A DNA stretch of 64,000 nt from Savitreella phatthalungensis (taxonomy: Eukaryota). The notes beneath the pieces are model-generated. The model saw only the letters and a list, made by a program, of their open reading frames with translations. It was not told the origin of the DNA and did not search any database. Below, piece after piece: positions 1 to 8,910 of the stretch. The position numbers and the translations under genes are program-made. Each line of letters opens with the position of its first letter. The stretch's first letter is position 1. The stretch spans positions 1 to 64,000 of the forward strand of contig AP039711.1 in assembly GCA_051599415.1 (NCBI GenBank), written 5' to 3'.

Positions 1-71
1 TGTAGTCTACTTCGTTCAGTTACGTATTGCTAAGGTTAAGACTACTTTCTGCCTTTGCGAGAACAGCACCT
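1..71 (+). other. Untrimmed Oxford Nanopore ligation adapter plus native barcode (technical artefact)
   Basis: TACTTCGTTCAGTTACGTATTGCT (8-31) matches the ONT adapter. It is followed by flank AAGGTTAA (32-39), the 24-nt barcode GACTACTTTCTGCCTTTGCGAGAA (40-63, recalled as NB06) and flank CAGCACCT (64-71). Confidence 0.95.
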
Positions 72-188
72 ACCCTAACCCTAACCCTAACCCTAACCCT
101 AACCCTAACCCTAACCCTAACCCTAACCCTAACCCTAACCCTAACCCTAACCCTAACCCTAACCCTAACCCTAACCCTAACCCTAACC
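72..188 (+). repeat. Telomeric repeat (CCCTAA)n, about 19 units, left chromosome end
   Basis: Perfect CCCTAA array at 73-186, with the C-rich strand at the 5' end of the contig. Confidence 0.97.
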
Positions 189-630
189 ATCACTTGATAT
201 ATCTTTCCTGCACTGTCACTTGTCACCGTCATTTGTCGCCTGGTCCCTGCCACTGACTCTGTCTCTGTCTCTGCTTGCCATGAACCCCACCTGCTTGGCC
301 CTGACCCTACTCTGTTGCCTACATTCTCATTCCTGTGACTGTAATTGGCATTGGCGCCTATTGTGCAACATGAATTGATTGTGATGTCACATGGCATGCA
401 CTGTTTCCTCCACTGTTGCTTGTCCAATCCATTGCTGGCGCTGTGCTGTGCCCTTTCCTCCACAACTTACTCTAATTCACTCTCACTTGCTCCTCTTGAC
501 TGTCTTGTGCACCGTCGCATGTACTTGCGACTGTCATGCACTGTAATCTGTCCACTATGTTGTGTCTGTGCCTGTCTGTGCTCCTTGTATGCCTCATTCT
601 ACTACCTAGTCTGTATTTTATTGACTGTGA

Positions 631-1000
631 TGGCTGCTACTGCTACCACACTGACTACTTCTGACATTCCCTTCACTCCTTTTAGTACTGCCACTACTAC
701 AGCTACTGCTGCATTCACTGCTGCTGCCGTTTCTACTGCTGCATTCATTACTGCTGCTGTTTCTACTGCTGTTTCTACTGCTGTTTCTACTGCTGTTTCT
801 ACTGCTGTTCCTACTGCTGCCACTGCTGCTACCGCTGCTGCTGCCACTGCTGCTGCCACTGCTGCTGCCACTGCTGCTGCCACTGCTGCTGCTGCCGCTG
901 CTGCTGCCACTGCTGCTGCTACTACCATCACCACTGCTGCTGCCACTGCTGCTGCTACTACCACCACCACTGCTGCTGCCACTGCTGCTGCTGCTGCTGG
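631..1000. repeat. Telomere-associated GCT/ACT/GCC triplet low-complexity repeat
   Basis: Degenerate CTGCTGCCA / CTACTGCTGTTT arrays; these explain the poly-Ala/Ser ORFs in the ORF track. Confidence 0.85.
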
Positions 1001-1149
1001 CGGCCACCGGTGTAGCGCCTAGCTGGCGCTCGCCCGATTGCAAAATCGGTTGCGGCGGAACCGAAATTTCACCAGCCACACACTGCGCCACAGAGCCGTG
1101 CGATTGTGTCGGCAACATCCTACAACCTTCAGAAGACAGGTTCTTGACG

Positions 1150-1455
1150 ACTGCCTAGTACCACTACCTCCTAGTACTACTACGTCCTAGTACTACTACC
1201 TCCTAGTACTACTACGGCCTGCTATTAGTGCCACCATCTAGTACCACTACAGCCTACTGCTAGTACGACCTAGTAGGTGCGAAAAATGATCGACTCGGCA
1301 ACGACCTAGCACCACCACCTAGTACTACCTAGCACAACCTGGCACGGCCTATTACTAGTACCACCACCTGCCACCACTACGACCTACTACTAGTACCACC
1401 ACCTACTAGTACGACCTGGCACTGCAGAGTACTGCCACCTGGCACTACCTAGCAC
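1150..1455. repeat. Telomere-associated CTAGTACTAC/ACCACC degenerate repeat
   Basis: Repeated CCTAGTACTACTAC and CTAGTACCACC units. Confidence 0.75.
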
Positions 1456-1664
1456 CGACAGCAACCCAAGGCCGACCTGGACGCAGTCACGTGACTGCAC
1501 AAATTTCGTGTAAAGATACCATTGGCTAGTCATCTTATCTCATCTTATCTCCTATCTCATCTTATCTATGCCTCTATGTGTGCGCAACATGACATCATTT
1601 TCTCATTTTGTCCACTTTGACTGGCTATATCTTCTGATCCAGATGTCAGATGATCACAAGACTA

Positions 1665-1824
1665 GTCTCATCATGACGCCATTGATCAACTCTATAAAAA
1701 GTATTTTGACATGTACAACGGTTTTTTGTCTATGTACTGAGCTTGTCTCATCATGACGCCATTGATTGACTCTATAAAAAACATTTTCACATGCAAAACA
1801 ATTTTTCATTTATATACTGTGTTT
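1665..1824 (+). repeat. 80-bp direct tandem duplication, each copy carrying ATGACG and TATAAAAA
   Basis: GTCTCATCATGACGCCATTGAT starts at 1665 and at 1745; TATAAAAA at 1693 and 1773. Confidence 0.85.
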
Positions 1825-1840
1825 GCCACGTGCTCACAAT

Positions 1841-2097
1841 GCAAGGCCCTTGGTCTCGTGGCACAGTGGTTTGGCCCCCACTGAGCTACTGAGTCACGAG
1901 CTTTGTGCATGGAGGGTAGATGCAGGTCTGGCAGGGTTTGAGGGTCTTAGGTTCAAATCCTGCTTGGAGCAATAATTAACTGCCAATAAGCTCTAGGCAG
2001 TCAGGGAGCAAGAGCGCTCTCAGGGGCTTTCCCTCCATGCACGAGGTCAGAACATTTTTCTGAGTGTTCTGATACAGGGGGTTTTGCCAAATTTTTT
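1841..2097 (+). ncRNA. Candidate Pol III-transcribed structured RNA or tRNA-derived SINE-like element of unknown family
   Basis: TATATA at 1811, A-box TGGCACAGTGG at 1859-1869, B-box GGTTCAAATCC at 1950-1960 and T6 at 2092-2097. Several long helices, including 5'/3' terminal pairing. Confidence 0.55.
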
Positions 2098-2109
2098 CAC
2101 ATTCAGGCA

Positions 2110-2440
2110 CAGAGAGATGCAGAGAAGGCAGTCAAATGCATAGAATGCAGCGGAATGCAGGGAATGCATAAAATGCAGTGAATTGCAGGAAATGCAGGGA
2201 ATGCAGAAAATGCAGAAAATGCAGAGTTCATGATGCAGTTTGGTTCACATTTGTGGAGCGCTGCAGTCTTGGATGCAGTTTGGTTTTACAGTTTGGTTTT
2301 ACAGTTTGGTTTCGCAGTTTGGTTCTTGCAGTTTGGTTTTACAGTTTGGTTTTACAGTTTGGTTTTGCAGTTTGGTTCTTGCAGTTTGGTTCTTGCAGTT
2401 TGGTTTTTACAGTTTGGTTTTACAGTTTGGTTTTACAGTT
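2110..2440. repeat. Subtelomeric minisatellites: ATGCAG-based 9-10 bp units, then about 14-bp CAGTTTGGTTTTA units
   Basis: Tandem AAATGCAG(A/G) units at 2110-2225 and (T)TACAGTTTGGTT / TTGCAGTTTGGTT units at 2234-2440. Confidence 0.9.
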
Positions 2441-2730
2441 AGGTTCGTCCCTAACTGTTGACTTACAGTTAGGGATGCCATGCAGTGTTTCATCCCTAAC
2501 TTCATGGCTATAATCTGGCGCTGCTGGAAACAGTTTGGGATTTTTGAACGGAATATATATATGCCATGAGATGGCTTGAGAGCGGTAGTGTACGTCATCC
2601 GCATCTGTCGCTCGTCTTATATTTGTAGACCAGCGCTTCGGTCAAGACGGCAAGGACGGCACGAGAACTCCGAGAAGTCTTTCTGGAGACCCGGCGGATT
2701 CGAATGAGCAGCCCATAAATAGATTCGATC

Positions 2731-2808
2731 GTGCATCCAAAGATTATGAAATTGTTTGACACGTACCGGTGCATCCAAAGATATTCAAATTGTTCGACAC
2801 ACGTGCAT
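2731..2808 (+). repeat. About 38-bp tandem duplication upstream of SFT2
   Basis: GTGCATCCAAAGAT...AAATTGTT.GACAC occurs twice, followed by a partial third copy. Confidence 0.7.
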
Positions 2809-2914
2809 CATCGATTACGTCGTACATGAAATTTATGGCCAAGCTTGGTAGAGGACTGGTGTACGTACGACCACATCACAGGAGAATCTCCAAACTAGTC
2901 GATCGCCGTCCGAC

Positions 2915-3496
2915 ATGACGGAGAACGCGTTCCGGTCGCAGCTACAAGGGTGGCGCGCCGGCACGCAGGCTGTTCCCCCTCCATCTGCACAACAGCCGTC
3001 GAGGTTCTCGCGGTTCTTCGGGACGGACTATGGGCGACTGCCAACGCACAACGGTGACGTGCAGCCTGAAGAGGACACGCTGTCTCGGTGGGATCGACTG
3101 CTGATCTTTGGTGCGCTGATTGCTGGAGCGGCGGTGTGCTTTGCGACTGCGTTTCTCTTTCTGCCGGTGCTGGCGCTGAGACCTCGCAAGTTCGTGACGC
3201 TCTGGACGGTCGGGTCGTTGCTTTTCCTGAGCAGTTGGGCGGCGATCCAAGGCCCTCTGGCATACGCGCGACACCTCGTCAGTGGACCACGCATTGGGTT
3301 CACGTCCGCATACGTTGGATCCCTCATCGCGACGCTCTACTTCTCGCGCGTGAGCACGCTGTTGACGCTGATCGCGGCGGTTGTGCAGATGGTAGCGTTG
3401 TTATGGTACCTTGTATCGTACTTCCCGATGGGCTCTACAGGGATGCGCTTCGCCGGCGGTCTCGTCGTCAATCGCGTCAACGGCTTCTTCGCATGA
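2915..3496 (+). CDS. SFT2: Got1/Sft2-family vesicle transport protein
   Basis: LSRWDRLLIFG, LRPRKFVTLWTVGSLLFL, QGPLAYARHL and LLWYLVSYFPMG motifs; four hydrophobic segments. Confidence 0.9.
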   Translation: MTENAFRSQLQGWRAGTQAVPPPSAQQPSRFSRFFGTDYGRLPTHNGDVQPEEDTLSRWDRLLIFGALIAGAAVCFATAFLFLPVLALRPRKFVTLWTVGSLLFLSSWAAIQGPLAYARHLVSGPRIGFTSAYVGSLIATLYFSRVSTLLTLIAAVVQMVALLWYLVSYFPMGSTGMRFAGGLVVNRVNGFFA

Positions 3497-4394
3497 AGTG
3501 GCGCAACGCAATCTTACGGCATGTATATCATTCTCTTTCTATCTCGTGTACTGTTTTTTGGGGTTTCCATAATCGTCTACCGCCTTTCGCGTGTCATGTT
3601 TCTTTGGTGTGCTTCGAGTCCTGCCAGCAGGGACGCAGAGCATCATAATTAGTCTCGATCGTCAGGTTGACCAGACTGCAGAGCATTGGAATCGGGCTCG
3701 ACGGGCTGAAAGATGGTGCTGCGGAGCAGTCGATGATGCCTGGGAGCATTGATATTGAGCGCGGACTTCTTCATCGTGCCAGCTTTATGCCTTCATACGT
3801 GAGCTACTGATCAATAGCGCATTGTATGCTTCAAGAATCAGGTTCTGCGCACGTTTCTGTCGCAAGACCAGTGGCAATCAGTTCAAATGTGCTGATCGAT
3901 GATGTTGGTCTCATGATCCCGGGTTCAGACACTAGACGATCGCGCATCACGCGCACGTCCGTAGCATGAAATGTCAGGCTCGCAGCTGACTCGAGGCTGG
4001 GAAAGTGGTCGCATAGCACATCACGCGCGCCCGGAGATTCTTTGAGCACGCATCTGATACTGCACAAGGCCGACCGACGATGCGCCTTTCTCTCGGTGAC
4101 TGTATGAATTGTGCAAGGGTGTGTCTCGCTGATAACGGCGCATGCTCGTGTCTTGAGCGGATGGCCGCGCATCGGAAACCCCGAGGACTTTTCGCGCGCC
4201 AAGTCGTGATCTGTCCGCATCATATAGACCCCCACGAAGCGAGCGTCGCTGAAACCGCGAGCACTGCACTGCCGGACGCTTCCGTGCACCGCGAAACCAT
4301 TTCGAGATCACCTGCACCATAATTCGGCGTACGGAGCAATTGAAGGCCGACTTGTGCGATCATGGGACTCTTCCTGACCTTCTCTCGGCTTCGA

Positions 4395-5039
4395 TCAGCG
4401 TGCTTGTGAATCCGTGGACGGGCGGACACGCTGGTCAAGCGGCAGGACCCATCTCTCGGGCTCATTCCGCGTTCGGACTTTTCCCTCCAAGACCTCGACA
4501 CTCCCAAGCTCCTCGCATGCACGCTTGACCCCATCGACGGTCGGACAAATCGCCCTCAGACGGTTGAATCCGGCCAGTACCTCGAGATCGACGAAACCAG
4601 CGTCGTCCATATGACTCCGGAGATAGACGTCTTTGCACAGGTTGTCGATCGAAAAGTAGTACTCGACCTGGGCGACGGCAAGCGGTGACGGCTTTGGAAG
4701 TGGTTTGATGGCTGCCTTTGTCCCCGTGCCTGCACTGGCTCTCCTTGTGGAGTCGTCCTTTCTGCGTGTTCGAGGTGCTGCAGAGGCGGACCTCTTGCTC
4801 TTCGTCTTCTGGTGGTCATTTGTGTGTGTGGTTGTGTGCGTGATGATGGGCGTGTACTTGACCCAGCCAGCTGTAGGTCTAGGCGCTGTGGTTCTGATCT
4901 CCGGCATGGATGTTTTCCGTGGTGCTTGACCCAGGCTCGGCCAGTCTGTTCCGTCTGTCTGAACTTGTACCTCGACTGTGGATGTGGATGTGGGTGTTGT
5001 GGTGGCAGTACTCCATGGTGAGGTCTTTGGCGCGGTCAT
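4395..5039 (-). CDS. La-motif RNA-binding protein (Sro9/Slf1/LARP-like)
   Basis: QVEYYFSIDNLCKDVYLRSHMDDAGFVDLEVLAGFNRL is a La motif; DWPSL N-terminal motif. Confidence 0.85.
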   Translation of the reverse strand: MTAPKTSPWSTATTTPTSTSTVEVQVQTDGTDWPSLGQAPRKTSMPEIRTTAPRPTAGWVKYTPIITHTTTHTNDHQKTKSKRSASAAPRTRRKDDSTRRASAGTGTKAAIKPLPKPSPLAVAQVEYYFSIDNLCKDVYLRSHMDDAGFVDLEVLAGFNRLRAICPTVDGVKRACEELGSVEVLEGKVRTRNEPERWVLPLDQRVRPSTDSQAR

Positions 5040-5414
5040 CTGGGACTACCTCGCGCCTGTCGATGATTAAAAATACGTATTGGTGAAGACTTTGTGAAAT
5101 CTTTATGAAGACGTTGGGGGAAACTTTGTAAAGACTTTGTGAAGACTGAAAGGGTGAACTGGGTCAAAGGTGGCAGATCGAGGATGCACTCTGGAATCGA
5201 TGTGACCTGTAACTCTGAGGATATGAAACCTGTCTAGTTTGGACCAAGCGTCTTTTGTGTCGAGTGTATGGACGGGCGTGGAAGATGTGTAGAGGTGAGT
5301 TGTTACATCAATGATCCCCTGCTGCTTGCTTGCTGAAGATTTTCACAGATCCCGTGCTTGACTTTTAGCATTCGTGAATTCTGGAAATTAAATTAAGCTG
5401 TATAGCACACTCCA

Positions 5415-5447
<33 letters not shown>

Positions 5448-6258
5448 ACTCATTCAACTCATTCATGTCACTCACTCACTCACCTACACATAGATGCACA
5501 CAGATGCAAAAAGATTTCACATTCACAAACATCACACTCGGAAAATTCGAATGCACAAGTTCGAGAGTGACCCGGATTGAAGACACTTACACAATCACTC
5601 ACACATATATCACACATCACACACTCACATGTACACACTCTCACGCACATGGTTGTAACTGTGAACCCGGAGTGAGTGGTCAGAGTGAGTGATCAGAGTG
5701 CATGATCAGAGTGAGTGATCAGAGTGAGTGATCAAAGTGGGTGAAAAGCTAAAATTACAATTGGATGCACGTAATGATGCAACAGCTTGATTTACAGTGT
5801 ACAAACACGTAAGCTACTACTACGGTTCACGCACACAGGGAGGCGCTGCAGTGGCGGATCCACGCTACACGCTCCCCTCTCCCTCTCCACGCGCACATGC
5901 ACATGCACACACAAACGCACATGCCTGTGAGATCTGCTTACCGCTGCTCCAGGACGATGTATGTATATCTACTGTGGCTGAATCTAGTCTGCTCTGGTCT
6001 ATAGCATGCTCGCATAGAGACTGCGGTTCATGACAGTTCTCACCCACCCTAGAGATCCCGAAAACTTAAGAAAGGGCTCGCTGGTGGTGATCCCGTGCTG
6101 ATTCGCGTGACGATGAACACCACGAGGAGTTTCTGGAATGTATCGGATTCGGGATACCCTTTCAGCCCCAATCTCGCACCAGATCTAGCTAAAAATAGAC
6201 GTAGCACACCTCAACGAGGTATAAAGTGAAAGGCCAGCTCACTTTCGCACCCTGCACC

Positions 6259-6846
6259 ATGCTCCCACTCACATTTACCCTTTTCGCGATCGTCCTTGCC
6301 CGTCCTTACCCACAGGCGCCCACGTCGACGTCCGCAAACGAGACGCTCGCCATTACCTGCAATGGTGACGATGTGCCGGAAAGCGTGCTCGCGCCAATCA
6401 TCACTCTCCAAGACCCGACACAGGGAAATCAGCCTGGCACGGTCATCTGCGAACCAGTGACGGACTCGACAGAGGAAGAAGACAACAACAATAACGACGA
6501 TAGTGATGATATCGCCGTCAGACCGACCGTCAGTTACGACTGCTTCTTCAACTCGTCGGCTGTGGTGCTTGGACCGGCACTCGAGGGAGGCGTGCTCACA
6601 CCGGAAGGTCAGAAGCTGCAGGATGATCTGAAAGCTGCTTACAAGGAGTCTGCTGAGACCCACGACGCTGGACCACTTTGCAGGCTCGAGACCACGTACA
6701 TTCGCAGCGTCGAGGCCAACTTCGCCTTGTCAAGCGGTGGGGGCCGACAGCACTTTGTAGTGACCTCTGCCCGCGTCGTCGACAGCTGCAACGACACACC
6801 GATCGACAACGCCCCCGAGTGCACGATTGACAGACAGTGGCAGTGA
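6259..6846 (+). CDS. Small secreted six-cysteine protein, paralog A (unknown function)
   Basis: ATG at 6259 gives a signal-peptide-like start MLPLTFTLFAIVLA; TATAAA at 6220; cysteine pattern shared with 7507-7896. Confidence 0.75.
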   Translation: MLPLTFTLFAIVLARPYPQAPTSTSANETLAITCNGDDVPESVLAPIITLQDPTQGNQPGTVICEPVTDSTEEEDNNNNDDSDDIAVRPTVSYDCFFNSSAVVLGPALEGGVLTPEGQKLQDDLKAAYKESAETHDAGPLCRLETTYIRSVEANFALSSGGGRQHFVVTSARVVDSCNDTPIDNAPECTIDRQWQ

Positions 6847-7506
6847 CCGAATCTCCAGATAGAAACCTAGTATACAATAATGAATCGTCATGATCGTATA
6901 CACTGCTGATCACCTCGACTGTGGCCGTCGGTGATGTCGGCGATAGTGATGTTGATGACGCCGCAGGCTCTAGGAGATTGGCGCATTAGTGAGTATGATC
7001 GTGATCGCATCCGTGGCCGTAACCGTGAAGGTTGTCATGGTACTTACAGTCTCAGGATCTATCGCTGTCCAGGCCGCGAATGGGGAAGACCCGCCCGCAG
7101 ATTCATTGCTCGTGGTCGAATCTCTCACACCTCCCTGCTGCGTTTAGCCTGTACTTGAGCTTCACGTAGACTCTGCGAGTGCCATTTCTGATGCTCTCGA
7201 AACAGTCCCGTGCGCGGGCCGAGACGTTTTGTTTGGTTTTGCCTCGTCTCGTCTCACCTCGTCTCGAATGAGAATAGTCTACTTCGGACTTAGCCAGGAC
7301 GTGAGGACAAGATGAGGTCGATCTGCACAGTAGAGCCTCCACAATACGAGACGAGCGATACGTTCCAGTGTCTCGAAAGAAGGAGGTCTGCGCGTTAGAG
7401 TGACCTCGCTTACGAGGGAACATTGTCCTGGCACGAGTATGATGAGGGTCGATGGCGTCTATTTAAAGGCCAGCATCTTGCCCGCTAGAATAGCCATCAG
7501 CAAAAG

Positions 7507-7896
7507 ATGTTCTCAATCCTCGCCTTCATCACTGCCGTCTCTGCCCATGCCATCACTTGTGGCCGAGACACCGTTTCGCTCGAGGTTGCCGAGTCCCTTC
7601 GCCTGAGCCCGCTGGTGGCGATCGATGGCGTGGTATGCGTCAAGCTCGACCCGATTTCCCGTCAGGCCATCGACTCCTGCACCTTCAACGCAACGTCGAC
7701 CTACACCAACCCTGTGAACGACCCATCGAACGCTTTGGAGATCTGCGCTGCCCTTGGCACTGCCCACGCCATCGTCGCTCTCGTCGACCACGGAACCAAC
7801 ATCAACGAGCTCCACTTCAGCCAAGTGAAGGCAGTCGACTGGTGCACCGGCGAGGACCTTGATGAGACTTGCACGATCGACCCGGCGTACCAGTGA
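7507..7896 (+). CDS. Small secreted six-cysteine protein, paralog B (unknown function)
   Basis: Signal peptide MFSILAFITAVSA; TATTTAAA near 7460; shares AITC, CxFN, VDxC and CTID motifs with paralog A. Confidence 0.8.
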   Translation: MFSILAFITAVSAHAITCGRDTVSLEVAESLRLSPLVAIDGVVCVKLDPISRQAIDSCTFNATSTYTNPVNDPSNALEICAALGTAHAIVALVDHGTNINELHFSQVKAVDWCTGEDLDETCTIDPAYQ

Positions 7897-8054
7897 GCCC
7901 CTTGAGCTCACTCGACATCAAGCCGATGCTTCATGGATGCAGGCGATAGCCTCCCGCAGAAAACGACAAAAGATCAGAAAAAAAAAGAGGGGAAAGACAG
8001 GAGCCGTTTGAATAGACGTAGCGCGTTCATGGCATTATTCGTGTCTTTTCCTTA

Positions 8055-8741
8055 CTACTCGCGTGTCTTTGAGCGTGTGTCCTGGCGTAGAAAGGTGGTC
8101 AGTAGCGCGTACGCTCTCGATCGTATGGTAACACCAGGGTACGGCCGCTTGTCCGCATGGTGGATGCACAGCCGAGCGTACTGGAATGCGACGAGGCAGA
8201 AGTACAGCTTGAGAATGAGGATGAGGGCGAGTGCGATGATGGACGGCAATTGTGCTCCGGCCACGACACCATCAGATTTGCCCTGACCGTGAAGCTCGGC
8301 TACAACGCCGCCAACCACGGGCGTGGACGTCACAGCGACGCTCTCGACCGGATGCGCTGGCGTATTGAAGCCCGCATTCTTGTCGAGCATGCCGGCGCCA
8401 GGGATCGCGCTGCCGCTCGCCAGCACCATGAACCAGGAAGTCGCAAATACAGCCGTGTAGACGCCGTTGATGAGCGAGTCTGCGAGGTACGCCCATGCAA
8501 AGACGACGACGCCGAGAAGAGAGTCCGTACCTGCGCGAAACTCGCGCGGAGAGCTGCTGGCGATATGCCGCATGCACACCAGGAACAGCGCTGTTGCAGC
8601 GATCGAATAGACGTACATGGACATCTGCCATGCGGACACATGCGCGCCCGTGAGCAGTGCAAGAACGCCGTAGATGCCGCTCGCCTTGTTGAGGACGGCG
8701 AAGAGGCAGATGACCTCGCACCGGGTTTTCAGGGAGATCAT
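8055..8741 (-). CDS. KEI1: Inositolphosphorylceramide synthase regulatory subunit Kei1-like (5' end uncertain)
   Basis: LNKASGIYGVLALLTG, WQMSMYVYS and DSLINGVYTAVF motifs typical of Kei1. Confidence 0.8.
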   Translation of the reverse strand: MISLKTRCEVICLFAVLNKASGIYGVLALLTGAHVSAWQMSMYVYSIAATALFLVCMRHIASSSPREFRAGTDSLLGVVVFAWAYLADSLINGVYTAVFATSWFMVLASGSAIPGAGMLDKNAGFNTPAHPVESVAVTSTPVVGGVVAELHGQGKSDGVVAGAQLPSIIALALILILKLYFCLVAFQYARLCIHHADKRPYPGVTIRSRAYALLTTFLRQDTRSKTRE

Positions 8742-8910
8742 GGGCCAATGAGGTAGAGCTTCACTCCACAGTCTCTAGTCTCTGGTCTCCGATGACCACC
8801 GAGTATTCTCCAATGTCCAGTCTCTATTTCTCGTCCGCTGTGCCCTCTCTCTCGCGTCTCCAATCCTGGGTCTCTCTTTCTCGGTTATCGTATGAATTTG
8901 AATTAAAAAG

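Noticed and set aside
20..1118. ORFs with (RV)n, poly-Ala/Thr and poly-Ser
   Set aside because: They are translations of the adapter, telomere and triplet repeats, with no domain content.
1852..1971. Canonical intron-containing tRNA gene
   Set aside because: A and B boxes are present, but the acceptor, D and T stems pair poorly as a cloverleaf; stronger alternative helices explain the sequence better.
1841..2097. SRP (7SL) RNA or RNase MRP identity
   Set aside because: Size and Pol III signals fit SRP and there is a CAGG...AGCA resemblance, but there is no UGUAA Alu motif, no GNRA-capped helices 6/8 and no GAAAGUCCCC CR-I motif. A covariance search is needed to exclude these fully.
2178..2604. 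Hydrophobic repetitive ORFs (LQFGFTVWFYSLV)n
   Set aside because: By-product of the 14-bp minisatellite read in several frames.
3650..4390. Short ORFs between SFT2 and the La-motif gene
   Set aside because: No recognisable motifs or consistent coding frame.
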